A stretch of DNA of 64,000 nt, from IMG/VR virus record IMGVR_UViG_3300020179_000005, positions 145,702 to 209,701 of that record; one strand, 5' to 3'. Shown in pieces: positions 36,536 through 47,101 of this stretch; position 1 is the stretch's first letter; every line of letters starts with the position of its first letter. Made by a program: the position numbers and the translations under genes. The notes beneath the pieces are model-generated. The model ran no database searches and was not told where the DNA came from. It saw nothing but the letters and a program-made list of their open reading frames with translations.

Positions 36536-38134
36536 ATGTTAAACGAAATAAAGATTGGTTATCCTGCTTTATGGATAAAAACCACTGAGTATTCTAGGGT
36601 TATTAGTAATATCGTGTCTTTTGATTTCAGAGACTATTATATGATAGATCCACAGCAAGGGTTTTCCAAGTACGTTGATTCAGATTGGAAACCGGTGCTC
36701 GTAGAATTTACTGACGAATCAGGCACAGTCGCTCATGTTCACACTTATGATTTATCTATTGCCGTAAATCATATAAAGAATAATACCGTTTCTGGAGGCA
36801 AGGCGCCTACGTTTTTGCTTCCCATACATGGCAAGCCAGAGGTTAATTTGTTTAGGTACGTGCCTATGGTGTATCAACTTGTTGAAAAGTATCGCAAGTC
36901 CTTTTGGACCGACACCATGTATGAAGAAATGCAGTTCATATTTCTTTCCGCTTTCGATGTGCCTGTTGATTATCCCAACCTTTTCAAAGTCATAGGTCAT
37001 GGAGTTCCCACTTCCGAAGAGTTGTTCCACATTGTGGATCATATTAATGTGTCTTCACATGGTCGTTTTGTTAATCCAGAAACCGTAAAAGATCTCGTAA
37101 AATCTGGCATTGGTCTAACGGAAACTGATTTCATCGATTATTGTTTGACTTCAATAGTCGACAACGGTCTTTTGGATCCAAAGTACATATACGAGAGAAA
37201 GATGGCCACCGTTAAACAAAAGGGCATTCTTGAGATCATAAAGCCTCGGTTGACATTTGCCGAAATCGGTGGTCTTGATAACATCAAGAACATAATCAAA
37301 CGTACCGCTTTCCTTAGGAACAATAGACAGAAAGCTGAGTCTTTTGGTGTGTCTCCAATCAGAAGAATATTGATGGTTGGTGTCCCCGGCACTGGCAAGT
37401 CGGCCATCTGTCAAGCTACCGCTAGTGAACTTGGGCTTGATCTTGCCAGAACCGGCATCAGCCAAGTCATGAATTCTTTTGTTGGTCAGTCAGAAGCCAA
37501 CATGCGTGCGGTGTTTAATCAGATTAGAGCTATGACGCCTTTGTGCGTTTGGATTGACGAGTTTGGTCGTGATCTTTCTGGTGGTTCGAGTTCGTCACAA
37601 GTTGACGCCGGTACCACAGATCGTGTCCATGGCGAGTTCTTAACTGGATTACAGGAATTACCAGAAGATACATTTTTGATGTGTGCCGCAAATCAACTTG
37701 ATAATTTGCGACCAGAGATGCTTCGCGCTGATCGTTTCGACAAGATAGTGTTCGTTGGTTTGCCATCTTACAGTGAGCGTGTAGAGATACTAAAGATATA
37801 TTTGTCTGGTATAGATACCGATCACGAGTACGATTATGATGCCCTTGCAAGAGTAACCGAAAATTTCACCGGTGCAGAGATTTCTGCTTTGATTAAAGAA
37901 GTCAAGTTCTTTGTTGTTGCCGATGAATTTCGTGCAATCAACACCCAGGACATTATGGCTCATGCCCCTAATGTTAAGAACATAATTTGGAATAAACATA
38001 GAGATATGATAAAATCAATGTACAGTTATGCCTTGGCACAATGGGATTGGGCTTCTTCTGAACAACAGATCGATGCACAAAACGTACTATCTGGTCGTAC
38101 CGTTGATCAGCCGCAGGTTACTTGGAAAATATAA
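36536..38134 (+). CDS. AAA+ ATPase (Ycf46/CDC48-like, one intact ATPase domain)
   Basis: IGGLDNIK, GVPGTGKS, WIDEFG, AANQL..LRPEMLRADRFD. Confidence 0.9.
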   Translation: MLNEIKIGYPALWIKTTEYSRVISNIVSFDFRDYYMIDPQQGFSKYVDSDWKPVLVEFTDESGTVAHVHTYDLSIAVNHIKNNTVSGGKAPTFLLPIHGKPEVNLFRYVPMVYQLVEKYRKSFWTDTMYEEMQFIFLSAFDVPVDYPNLFKVIGHGVPTSEELFHIVDHINVSSHGRFVNPETVKDLVKSGIGLTETDFIDYCLTSIVDNGLLDPKYIYERKMATVKQKGILEIIKPRLTFAEIGGLDNIKNIIKRTAFLRNNRQKAESFGVSPIRRILMVGVPGTGKSAICQATASELGLDLARTGISQVMNSFVGQSEANMRAVFNQIRAMTPLCVWIDEFGRDLSGGSSSSQVDAGTTDRVHGEFLTGLQELPEDTFLMCAANQLDNLRPEMLRADRFDKIVFVGLPSYSERVEILKIYLSGIDTDHEYDYDALARVTENFTGAEISALIKEVKFFVVADEFRAINTQDIMAHAPNVKNIIWNKHRDMIKSMYSYALAQWDWASSEQQIDAQNVLSGRTVDQPQVTWKI

Positions 38135-38142
38135 GGAGACAT

Positions 38143-38766
38143 ATGTCAGACATGGATCAAATAGAATATCAGATGTCTCAGACTGCTGAGCCTGTTGTAT
38201 CTGATATCTTACAGAAAGATTACGAGAAAGATCTTTACAAGAAATGGTTTAGGTCTAAAACTCAAAGTGGATTTTTGTCCATAAGGCCTTGGTATCAAGG
38301 TCTTAAGTTTAAGCTGGACATAGGTAAAACTTCGCCCGATGGCAAACTCATTTCTAGCACGATGGTATATTTAGATGCCATAGATTTTTCTGGTTATTTA
38401 AATTCTATTGCTATTGGTATAGGAAGCATAAATTTTCCCGCAAACAGCAAAACCGGTATTCCAACCGATGAAGGTTTTGTTTCTTACGGTGGAGGCATAA
38501 TAGAGTCAAAACCTATTTCTAGGATTTTCAAGTCTCATTATTGGCAGAATTCCGATAATAGTTTTGATTCTTCTGCGTTTGTTTGGAAGTGCGGTCATTT
38601 TGCTGCTAGAAAAACTGAGTCAGGTGCATTCATCCCGGACATGAAATCTTCTTTGTCCGTTGATAGCATAAAGGTTACTAGATCAGAAATAGTCAGCATC
38701 TCTCATATGTTGAATCTTTCGTTGATATCTCACGTGGCAAACAAATCAGATTGGTATGCCGTATGA
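38143..38766 (+). CDS. hypothetical protein
   Basis: AAGGAG SD. Confidence 0.7.
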   Translation: MSDMDQIEYQMSQTAEPVVSDILQKDYEKDLYKKWFRSKTQSGFLSIRPWYQGLKFKLDIGKTSPDGKLISSTMVYLDAIDFSGYLNSIAIGIGSINFPANSKTGIPTDEGFVSYGGGIIESKPISRIFKSHYWQNSDNSFDSSAFVWKCGHFAARKTESGAFIPDMKSSLSVDSIKVTRSEIVSISHMLNLSLISHVANKSDWYAV

Positions 38767-39143
38767 CCGAACAGGGAAATTATGATACTGACTTTTCTAC
38801 CATACAAATTGCAATTGATAATATGTTGAACGTTCTCGCCAAAGAAGTCACTTCGGTTCAAAAGGATATCGAACAGAGAGTAGAAGCAGTCGAAAAACAG
38901 ATTGCTACTTTAGTTTTGGCGTACGGCGAACAGGCTGTTTTTATGGAAGCTTTGATAGGTCAGATAGCTTTTTCTACCGTTGAAGCCCAAAAGTCTTTTC
39001 GTGATACTTTGAAAGAGGCAAGAAAGTCTATGTTGGAGGTAATGCAGGATGGAACACAATCTTTTGTGGCAGACGGCGACAAAAAAATTGGACAAGCCAT
39101 TGCAGACGTGGTTGCAGAAAAGCTATCTGACCTTGGTCAATGA
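38763..39143 (+). CDS. hypothetical coiled-coil protein
   Basis: Coupled ORF. Confidence 0.6.
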   Translation: MTEQGNYDTDFSTIQIAIDNMLNVLAKEVTSVQKDIEQRVEAVEKQIATLVLAYGEQAVFMEALIGQIAFSTVEAQKSFRDTLKEARKSMLEVMQDGTQSFVADGDKKIGQAIADVVAEKLSDLGQ

Positions 39144-39329
39144 TCACGAATGCGTACTGTTTCTAGATAGATACAATCACGTTTTGTTAAATCATTTAAG
39201 TTATCTTTCTGAAATATACGCTTGTGTTAAAACTGTTTATCCGGAGTTTAGATCTTTGCATTTGGCTAATACTTCGTTTTTAGATTATCTTAAATCTCAA
39301 AAAATCGAACTTTATTCATTGGAGGCGTT

Positions 39330-40082
39330 ATGATGGATATACATTCTCATATTAAGTCAGTTGATCATTTTGATCAAGTTTGGAATAAGAAGGTATCTTT
39401 GTTTAGTAAACATTTTGAGAATCGACCCGTTGTTGCTTGTCTTTATGATTTCAACATTACTTTCTTTTTGCGGGCTTTGGCTGATTCAATGATTGGTGTA
39501 TCTGATCAGATACCTCAGTCTGATATAAATACACACGAAGCATATTGTAAAATGAATTTAGAAGCTTTTATGAATTGTCGTGATGTTGCGTTTAATTTTT
39601 ACATGAGGTATCAACCAAGAAAGAAACCTGTTACTCAAAAGCGGTTAGATGCTTTTAATGTTTCGTATCAATCTCTTACTGCCGCGCAGAAGAAGGCTGT
39701 GGTTTTACCTTATTTTTTCAATGATTTTTTTAATATTATTTTTGGTTCTTTTTATCCTTCGGTTCGTATTTCTTTGTTAAGTTTTATGTTTAAGAATAAA
39801 ATAATTGTTCCGGATAAGTCGAATAAGTTTGTAACAATTGTTCCTTACGATCCGAGTAACGAGCATATATTCACCATGAATAAATCTTCTACTTCCCTTG
39901 CGTATGACACGATGCTTTCTGATTCTAAAGATGTTTTTGATGTACTTAAGTCCATGCAGTCATACATTGAGAACCTAATTAAGGATAACAATTTTGTTCA
40001 AAACAGTTACGAATCTTTGTTGAAAAAAATGGAATTGCAAGATAAACAGGGAATTAATGGTTATTTAATGACTTGGCATTAA
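39330..40082 (+). CDS. hypothetical protein
   Basis: GGAGG SD. Confidence 0.65.
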   Translation: MMDIHSHIKSVDHFDQVWNKKVSLFSKHFENRPVVACLYDFNITFFLRALADSMIGVSDQIPQSDINTHEAYCKMNLEAFMNCRDVAFNFYMRYQPRKKPVTQKRLDAFNVSYQSLTAAQKKAVVLPYFFNDFFNIIFGSFYPSVRISLLSFMFKNKIIVPDKSNKFVTIVPYDPSNEHIFTMNKSSTSLAYDTMLSDSKDVFDVLKSMQSYIENLIKDNNFVQNSYESLLKKMELQDKQGINGYLMTWH

Positions 40083-40092
40083 GGAGAATGTT

Positions 40093-41358
40093 ATGGATAA
40101 CGATAGCAGTGTTGCCGAAGCAAGTTTATTGGATTACGCTTTTATAGGTAAACCTCAGATAAATTTAGATGAGGTGACTTATTTGAAACTGGAGATTCCT
40201 TGTTCTCCCAGTGTCGATACAGGAGAACCGGCGGGGAACTTGCTTATACAATTAAATTCTGTTATGAATTTTTATGTGTATCCAATAAATCCTAATTATG
40301 TTAATAGTGCCGCGGAGTTGGATGAGGGTCATTCTATTGACGAAATTATCATATTTGATTTATTTAATACCGGTAGTTTTTATATTTCCAAAGCTAATAT
40401 AATGAATGGAATTAAGTCTAATTCATTACCTTTGTATGTCCATATCAATAATGTTTGGAAATCTTCTCCGTTGATTAACACTGAATATCCACATGGATTT
40501 GTATACGCAGTCCAGATATCTTTTAGTGATCCATTTCAGGCTGATTATACGTTGAATTTTAAGCGTCACATATCTGAATTTTATGATGGCTGGGAAATTA
40601 TGATAGGGCATATGTTTTATGTAGGCTCTATGAAAAATTTTGTCGTATCCAGTGATCAATCTAAGAATTTATCAGATAAACTTAGTAATGATATTGAGAA
40701 ACTCACTAAGGCAATCAAGAAGATGAAGACAACAAATTTGTCGCCGAATAAGACTAAAGGTCATGAAGCATTTAGTGTTTTTAATAGTAAGGGTCAAAGT
40801 AACGCACCAATATTTCATACCGATATAATATTAGAGGAGGAAGAGTCCATGTCGCAGTTTTCAATATGTTCTTATTTTAGCTTGAAAACTCAAAACGTAG
40901 ATATAGTCAGCAAGGATTATGCTTATGCAAATCGTCCGGAAAACATTTGCATTTGTACGCATTCTGCTTTATCTAAGCCTGACAAAGCATCTTATTGTGG
41001 CTTTGGTTTGACTCCAAACCAAACTATCTGTCCTTATTATAAGTCTAGTTCTGTGCTACGAAAGAAGTACACTTCTAAGGGTAAAGGATCATTATCTTTT
41101 GATCTTTATGAGCATACAGATTACAAGGGAAATAAGGTTTTTAATTTGATCAATCCTGAAAATGATCAGGTGTCTTATACTTTGGTTCCTCCCGTAGACG
41201 CACCTTATGATCAAGTAGTTTCTGAAATTGATTCTGTGGTCAATGAGGTTGTTTCTTCTTGTCCAGAGGAAGTGTCTTCCACGTTGGTTTCTCTTGAAGT
41301 GCCTCCTTCTACTGAGACACCCGTTGAGAAGAAAAGCTTTATATTGTCTCTTATATAG
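40093..41358 (+). CDS. hypothetical protein
   Basis: AAGGAG SD; 421 aa. Confidence 0.7.
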   Translation: MDNDSSVAEASLLDYAFIGKPQINLDEVTYLKLEIPCSPSVDTGEPAGNLLIQLNSVMNFYVYPINPNYVNSAAELDEGHSIDEIIIFDLFNTGSFYISKANIMNGIKSNSLPLYVHINNVWKSSPLINTEYPHGFVYAVQISFSDPFQADYTLNFKRHISEFYDGWEIMIGHMFYVGSMKNFVVSSDQSKNLSDKLSNDIEKLTKAIKKMKTTNLSPNKTKGHEAFSVFNSKGQSNAPIFHTDIILEEEESMSQFSICSYFSLKTQNVDIVSKDYAYANRPENICICTHSALSKPDKASYCGFGLTPNQTICPYYKSSSVLRKKYTSKGKGSLSFDLYEHTDYKGNKVFNLINPENDQVSYTLVPPVDAPYDQVVSEIDSVVNEVVSSCPEEVSSTLVSLEVPPSTETPVEKKSFILSLI

Positions 41359-41372
41359 TGAGAGGAGTTTTT

Positions 41373-43133
41373 ATGCCAGGCGTGTATAATATAGTGCAGT
41401 ATTCACCTGACAATTCTAATTGGTTTCAGGTAAGGAACACATCAATAACTGGTTATTATTCTTGCGTAAGAGCAGCAAGTGAATTATTTCCAGAAGACAG
41501 TTTTGATTTTCTCGTTCAGTCATTAGTGTCTCTACAGTATGTTGTTCCTACTGAGCTGATTTACGATCAGCAGGACTATAATTTACAGATGCGTTCGAAA
41601 CGGCATATACTGCCTATGGCAGTTAGATACGTAGACAAGTCTCAGTCTTATTATATTGAACGCCCACCATGCAGAATTAATGTTAAATACAAAAATGCGA
41701 GAGCGTCGCACAGCGCTCCGGAAGTTGAAGATTTGTTTATATGGGTACCTTGGACAATAACAATAATGCCAGTTACGTTCATAAATAAATATGATCCAGG
41801 CGATGTAAGGATTTATTATTCTCATTCTGCGTTGTCTTCTTCTACTCAAATGTATATTAATTCTTTGTTTCCCAATACGCATTCAGATGCAAGAATATGT
41901 TGGTCTGGTTCTTTTTCAAATTTATTGACTCATGTAAAAGATCAGTCCGACTTTAATACTTTTGATTATAGATACTGGCATTCTATGATTTTTAATGATT
42001 ACATGTTAGGTGGATGGAACAATGACCTGATATCAAGACCATTGTATGCTTTGTCTGGTAGAACTAACGTGGGAGAAGCTGGGATAGTTAATCAGATCTT
42101 AGAAGGAGATTATAAATCTAAGTATCCTTTGGTAGATATGTACAGAAATCCTCAATCTTATCCTGAGTTTTACGATAGGTTGGTTTCTGTTGTAATTAAC
42201 AAGTTTAATTTTTCTAGATCCAAGGCATTGGATGTTGTTTCAAATGCACAATATGATTCCTATATCAGTAATTACGATTACGTAAAATTATTGTCTTTTA
42301 TGTCTTTATTGTCGTTGGAAGAGACTTTGTCTTTCTACAAACAAATTGGTGACGTTGTTAAGGATGTTGAGGTACAGAATAAGAAGAATAGCAAGAATAA
42401 AAAGAATGTTTATTCTCTACTTTCGTGTGTTGCCCAGAAGTTTTCTGAGGTTGTCAAAGAGTATTGTGCAGATATTGAGTTTGAACTTTTCAATCAAGAA
42501 GAGGATTTTCAGGATGCAATTAATGATCGACGGGAACAAGTTTTTGATGACATGGAAGATGTTTTTGATGACGAAGATCCTTCATTTAGTCCCGCACATA
42601 CTATTGATCCTTTGCTTAGTAGCGTATTTCAGTCGCAATCTGTAAATAGGCCTATAACGATGGGTGAACTTGGTCTTTGTATTCAAGATCCGCTTGTTAA
42701 GGCAGTGGCTGCAAATGATCCTCGTTGCACCATAGAAAAAGCATCTTCTTATTATTCTAATTATACAATAGTTTATTTATTTAAAAATATCAATAGGTCT
42801 CAAGTTAAAAAAATGGATTTGTATAGAGTAGACGATGCGTATAGTATTCTTGAGAGTCAAGGATTTGATTTTGCGCCTTTAATGGAGTTTTATTCTCAGT
42901 TGAAGAATCAAACTTCAGATACTTTTTTTGTTCACGCTGATTGTAAAGAAAAGACATACACATTTTATACCAAACAAGATCTTATTAATTATTATGATAG
43001 TTTCAAGGCTAATTTGTTAGATAGGCTTGCTTCTCTTGGAAATTCTCCAAAATCTAAGCAAAAGCTTTCAAAGAGTAATTCACAGATAGTGCATCGTATT
43101 AATGAAGCGATGAATTATATTAGGGTTAGTTGA
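41373..43133 (+). CDS. prokaryotic E2 family D-like protein (copy 2) with C-terminal extension
   Basis: ILPMAVR..YIERPP..WVPW..FPNTHSDARICWSG..WNNDL. Confidence 0.6.
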   Translation: MPGVYNIVQYSPDNSNWFQVRNTSITGYYSCVRAASELFPEDSFDFLVQSLVSLQYVVPTELIYDQQDYNLQMRSKRHILPMAVRYVDKSQSYYIERPPCRINVKYKNARASHSAPEVEDLFIWVPWTITIMPVTFINKYDPGDVRIYYSHSALSSSTQMYINSLFPNTHSDARICWSGSFSNLLTHVKDQSDFNTFDYRYWHSMIFNDYMLGGWNNDLISRPLYALSGRTNVGEAGIVNQILEGDYKSKYPLVDMYRNPQSYPEFYDRLVSVVINKFNFSRSKALDVVSNAQYDSYISNYDYVKLLSFMSLLSLEETLSFYKQIGDVVKDVEVQNKKNSKNKKNVYSLLSCVAQKFSEVVKEYCADIEFELFNQEEDFQDAINDRREQVFDDMEDVFDDEDPSFSPAHTIDPLLSSVFQSQSVNRPITMGELGLCIQDPLVKAVAANDPRCTIEKASSYYSNYTIVYLFKNINRSQVKKMDLYRVDDAYSILESQGFDFAPLMEFYSQLKNQTSDTFFVHADCKEKTYTFYTKQDLINYYDSFKANLLDRLASLGNSPKSKQKLSKSNSQIVHRINEAMNYIRVS

Positions 43134-43273
43134 AATAGAAAGAGATATAACATAATGGATCCAGTAATTATTGCAGCTATACTGACCGCAATCGGCGCAA
43201 TACTTGTTGCAGCGATTGAGGGTTTATTTGCTTATTATTTGTCTTAATAAACCAATATTCTATAGGAGATTAT

Positions 43274-44488
43274 ATGTCAAGTTTGATATCAATATTTGAT
43301 GGTACTACCGCTTATCACAGCACGAACACAAACTTTAAGGTCGTCGTTACTGATCATAACGATGAGTCGGTTAGTTTTTCTGGCTATGATGCTGTTAGTT
43401 ATCTGTTAGGTACAGTGTTTTCTGGGTTCAGTGGTAGTGTTCTTGATGGTAGAAATTCCGGTGTTTTACCTCCGGGCGTAAGAATTATTGACAGCAATTA
43501 TGTACTGTTTGAGCGCCCCCCGTGTTATCAAAACATTTTTTACAACACCGATAAAGTACATTCTAAAATGTCTGATAGCACCATGCATGTGTACAGGATT
43601 CCTGTGCCATGGCAGATATATATTGCTAGGTTCGATTCTAATTATTATTTAACAGACGTAAACATGTTCTTTTCTTCTGCTTCATTGACTGAAGAAACAC
43701 AGCAGTTATGTTTGCCACCATTGCCCAATTTTTATACAAACGGGCAATTGTGCAGACCCTTTTTTGCTGAGATGCAGGATGTAGAAAGATATCAGAAGAA
43801 TATTTCTGGTGTTATTGCGTCAGCTTATGATTGGGTTTGGAACAATGGAACCAACAATGACTTGAATGAAGCTGTGGTTCACATTAACTTACAATCTGTA
43901 TATCCTAAGTTGGAATCTACTGGGTTCAGTTTGGAATCTTACACTAGTGCTGTCAAGGACACGGTGTTTAAGCATGTATCTTATAATGACTATACGAGCA
44001 TGTTTGCCAATCCGTATGGCGCGGTGTACTACGCCGCCCCTCAAGTTATGACGATACTTTCTGCGTGGGAAAAAATACCGTTAGAAGAAATTTTGAGTGT
44101 TGTTTGGCCCGCTTCTTCTGTTGAGCAGCATTTTCCTTCCAGTGCTTACAAGCCATCGGGTATAGGTGATGAATTGTATGAACATCCTTCTTATTACGAT
44201 TGGCTAAACGATTGGGCTCATGATTATTACGAAGGAGAGGATCCAGAAGATATCGCGCACATGATTGAGAATGGAGATTATGACGGCGACGCATATTATC
44301 AGTACGTCCTTAATAGCGGTAAGATATCCCTTAAGCCGTATGTATACAATTATCTTACTTGTGAAAATGTATTGAAGAATATATCTTCGGAAAGTAGCAC
44401 TTTGGTTGCGATAAAGTCTAGATACAATTCATTTGTTTCTGCCGCTTTCATACAGAAGGCTAAAAAGTCCAAAAAGACAGAAGTTTAA
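43274..44488 (+). CDS. prokaryotic E2 family D-like protein (copy 3)
   Basis: VLPPGVR..LFERPP..IPVPWQ..LPPLPNFYTNGQLCR..TNNDL. Confidence 0.65.
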   Translation: MSSLISIFDGTTAYHSTNTNFKVVVTDHNDESVSFSGYDAVSYLLGTVFSGFSGSVLDGRNSGVLPPGVRIIDSNYVLFERPPCYQNIFYNTDKVHSKMSDSTMHVYRIPVPWQIYIARFDSNYYLTDVNMFFSSASLTEETQQLCLPPLPNFYTNGQLCRPFFAEMQDVERYQKNISGVIASAYDWVWNNGTNNDLNEAVVHINLQSVYPKLESTGFSLESYTSAVKDTVFKHVSYNDYTSMFANPYGAVYYAAPQVMTILSAWEKIPLEEILSVVWPASSVEQHFPSSAYKPSGIGDELYEHPSYYDWLNDWAHDYYEGEDPEDIAHMIENGDYDGDAYYQYVLNSGKISLKPYVYNYLTCENVLKNISSESSTLVAIKSRYNSFVSAAFIQKAKKSKKTEV

Positions 44489-44585
44489 GTTATTACATAA
44501 GGCTTAACATATTCAACTATCAAAACTTAGGTCTATCCTTTACTAATTATATACACGTATATAAAGTTAAGTAAAGGTGCATAAA

Positions 44586-44879
44586 ATGGCTAGAACGGTT
44601 GTTGTTGAACCATTTTTTAATAGGTCTGAAGTTGCTGAGATATTGAATATATCTGTTCTTACGGTTTCGAATAGAGAAAAAGCTGGCAAGTATCCTGTTC
44701 CCAAAAGAGATTTAAACAATTATAGGGTGTATACTTTAAATGACATATTTAATCTTCAGCTTATTACTTATAGTCACGTCGATCCTAAACCAGTAATATC
44801 CGTCATGTACGACAAGGGTTATACTGATCCTAAGATTTTGGGGCAAATTATTGACGAAGTTTTTTCAAAGAGAGTATGA
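44586..44879 (+). CDS. MerR-like HTH protein
   Basis: FNRSEVAEILNISVLTVSNREKAG..P.RD.NNYRVY. Confidence 0.75.
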   Translation: MARTVVVEPFFNRSEVAEILNISVLTVSNREKAGKYPVPKRDLNNYRVYTLNDIFNLQLITYSHVDPKPVISVMYDKGYTDPKILGQIIDEVFSKRV

Positions 44880-45124
44880 ACATGAGTAATGATAAATCAG
44901 AAGATTTGAGTTTAGTAGATAAGGTCGAAGAGCCAATATTTACGGATTCGGTTGTTGAGTTGAAGTCAGGTATATACAACTTGTTTATATCAATGTATAA
45001 TAGTCTCATACTAGAAGTTGGTGTAGAGGAAGCCATACGCCAGTCTACTCAGTTTCTAGATGAAATATCATATAATTTTAAACAAATATTAATTGACCAA
45101 AAAGAGAGTAACAAAAATGATTGA
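44876..45124 (+). CDS. hypothetical protein
   Basis: Coupled ORF. Confidence 0.5.
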   Translation: MNMSNDKSEDLSLVDKVEEPIFTDSVVELKSGIYNLFISMYNSLILEVGVEEAIRQSTQFLDEISYNFKQILIDQKESNKND

Positions 45125-45539
45125 TCCAAGAAACCTAATCAACATCACAGGCGGTGTCGTAGCTGACCCCGAGTTAATCAATGACAAAATTGCCAAGTTT
45201 CGTTTGGCGGTTGATTACGCCGGCCAAGAAAAAGGCGGAGACAACAATTCTGGTTATTTTGATATTGTTTATTATCTCAAGGATGCAAACGGTTTTGCAA
45301 GTAAGAATGCATCTTTTATGCACGGTCAAATCTCTGATTCCAAGATCAAGAAAGGTTCTAAACTAACAATTGTTGGTCGTTTGGTTCAGGAAAGATGGAA
45401 GCAGGAAGATCAGAATAGAAGCAAGGTTGTCATAGTTGCTGAGCATATTTCTTATGCTGCTACTGCAGGTTCTTCAAAGTCTTCTAGCACTAACGAAACT
45501 GCTACGGTAGGTTCGTCTTCGGTTCCAGATAGCTTCTAA
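45117..45539 (+). CDS. ssb: single-stranded DNA-binding protein
   Basis: NLINITGGVVADPE, FRLAVD, KKGSKLTIVGRL.QERW, SKVVIVAE. Confidence 0.88.
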   Translation: MIDPRNLINITGGVVADPELINDKIAKFRLAVDYAGQEKGGDNNSGYFDIVYYLKDANGFASKNASFMHGQISDSKIKKGSKLTIVGRLVQERWKQEDQNRSKVVIVAEHISYAATAGSSKSSSTNETATVGSSSVPDSF

Positions 45540-46309
45540 TGCCGGATTTTGACGAAGATAATCTAAATTCGTTAATCCAAGAAGCTTTAGCCGAAAAAGG
45601 CACAAGTCAGTCTCATGCTTTTGCGGTTAATCACCTTGGTCATGGTGACTCGCAGCTTTTGTCTGTTGTCGCAAAAAGATTATCTGACTATTTGCCTGAA
45701 TCTTCTATCGACGCTTTCTTACACGAACTAAGAGTCGATCTTGTTTCTGGTAAGTCTAAATCTACCATAAAAGATCTTCACACTGTTGTGTTAAATTGTA
45801 GAAAGTGCGCTATTGCTTCCAAGCCTGAATTGCCGAAATGGAATTCTACTAATCCTAAAGTTGCAATAGTGATCGAAAGTCCTTCACTTGATTCAAATTC
45901 AATCGGTTTCTTGGTTGACAAAATCAAACAGGTTGGGTTTAAATCCGATCAACTTTGTTTAACTTACGTCAACAGATGTCCAAAGAGTGTCAAATACGAA
46001 AATCAAGAAGTTATAAATTGTGCTCCTTATTTGCATTCTGAGTTACAGCTGTTGCGCCCAAGCGTTATAATTACAATGGGATCTTTAGCTACTTCTGTTT
46101 TATTTGGCACGGAAGTAAAAATAAAGGATTATCGTGGAAATTTAACGGCCTTGGGTTATTGGATGGTGATGCCCATGTATTCACCAGGCTATGCGTCAAA
46201 GTTTGAATCCATGACAGAACAGTTTATTGCTGATTTAGTACAGGTTTATAAATATATAAATAATATACACATCAAAAAGGAACCCCATCATGCAGGCAAA
46301 GCAGTATAA
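45539..46309 (+). CDS. udg: uracil-DNA glycosylase family 4-like
   Basis: CRKC, IVIESP, TYVNRC, CAPYL..EL.LL.P.VIITMG. Confidence 0.8.
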   Translation: MPDFDEDNLNSLIQEALAEKGTSQSHAFAVNHLGHGDSQLLSVVAKRLSDYLPESSIDAFLHELRVDLVSGKSKSTIKDLHTVVLNCRKCAIASKPELPKWNSTNPKVAIVIESPSLDSNSIGFLVDKIKQVGFKSDQLCLTYVNRCPKSVKYENQEVINCAPYLHSELQLLRPSVIITMGSLATSVLFGTEVKIKDYRGNLTALGYWMVMPMYSPGYASKFESMTEQFIADLVQVYKYINNIHIKKEPHHAGKAV

Positions 46310-46658
46310 TCGAAGTGACTTGTCGGCTTTTGAAGCTTTGGTTAACAAAGATATCAAAACACAGGTTACTTCATCTGAATTGGAAACTTTGGTTTTAAAT
46401 ATTGATAAATGGTTTTATTGTTTGTATTCAATAAAAAGAGATGTAGAGTACAATATTTCTTCTCGCGAGGCCGGTAGAAAGATATTGCTACAGCAAATGA
46501 AGGATAGAAATGCACCAAAAGAGGACATCCACAAATTACTGGCAACGGAATCTTTGTGGAGAGTAAATACTCTTAAGTTTTTGAATTCTTTAGAGAAGAA
46601 AATACTTTATGTCAAATTGCTTATGAAGGAAAGTATCTTACAAGATAAGGTCGTCTAG
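46290..46658 (+). CDS. hypothetical protein
   Basis: Coupled ORF. Confidence 0.6.
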   Translation: MQAKQYNRSDLSAFEALVNKDIKTQVTSSELETLVLNIDKWFYCLYSIKRDVEYNISSREAGRKILLQQMKDRNAPKEDIHKLLATESLWRVNTLKFLNSLEKKILYVKLLMKESILQDKVV

Positions 46659-47101
46659 TGCCTAGTATATTATTGCATGTTCCAGAAACTATATCTTCTA
46701 TAGATTCGACTATTTCTGAGGACAGTTCATATTATTTGCATACGCAGTTTTTGACGATGTTTCCTTCTTATGTTTCTTACACTACTTTAAATTACAGTTT
46801 GGATGAAATTTTAGATTTAATAAATACTTTTGCTGTGTTTCATTCTAAGATAGATATTTTTGAGTCTTCAAAACAACAGATATCTTCTAGAGTGCCCTTG
46901 GAGTTATTCAGATATAAACTTTTGGACGATGGAACATGGTACTATGTTAAGACTGTACCTTCTAAGCATAAAGAAGGAAAAATCGTAGAGGGCGCATTGT
47001 GGTCTAACGGAATGTATTATGTAGTTAGGACTCAAGGCACCGTGTCTGATGCTGGTCTTTATGTCAATGAGTATACAAAGGAGTTTTACGGTTACCCATG
47101 A
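46658..47101 (+). CDS. hypothetical protein
   Basis: Coupled ORF. Confidence 0.55.
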   Translation: MPSILLHVPETISSIDSTISEDSSYYLHTQFLTMFPSYVSYTTLNYSLDEILDLINTFAVFHSKIDIFESSKQQISSRVPLELFRYKLLDDGTWYYVKTVPSKHKEGKIVEGALWSNGMYYVVRTQGTVSDAGLYVNEYTKEFYGYP

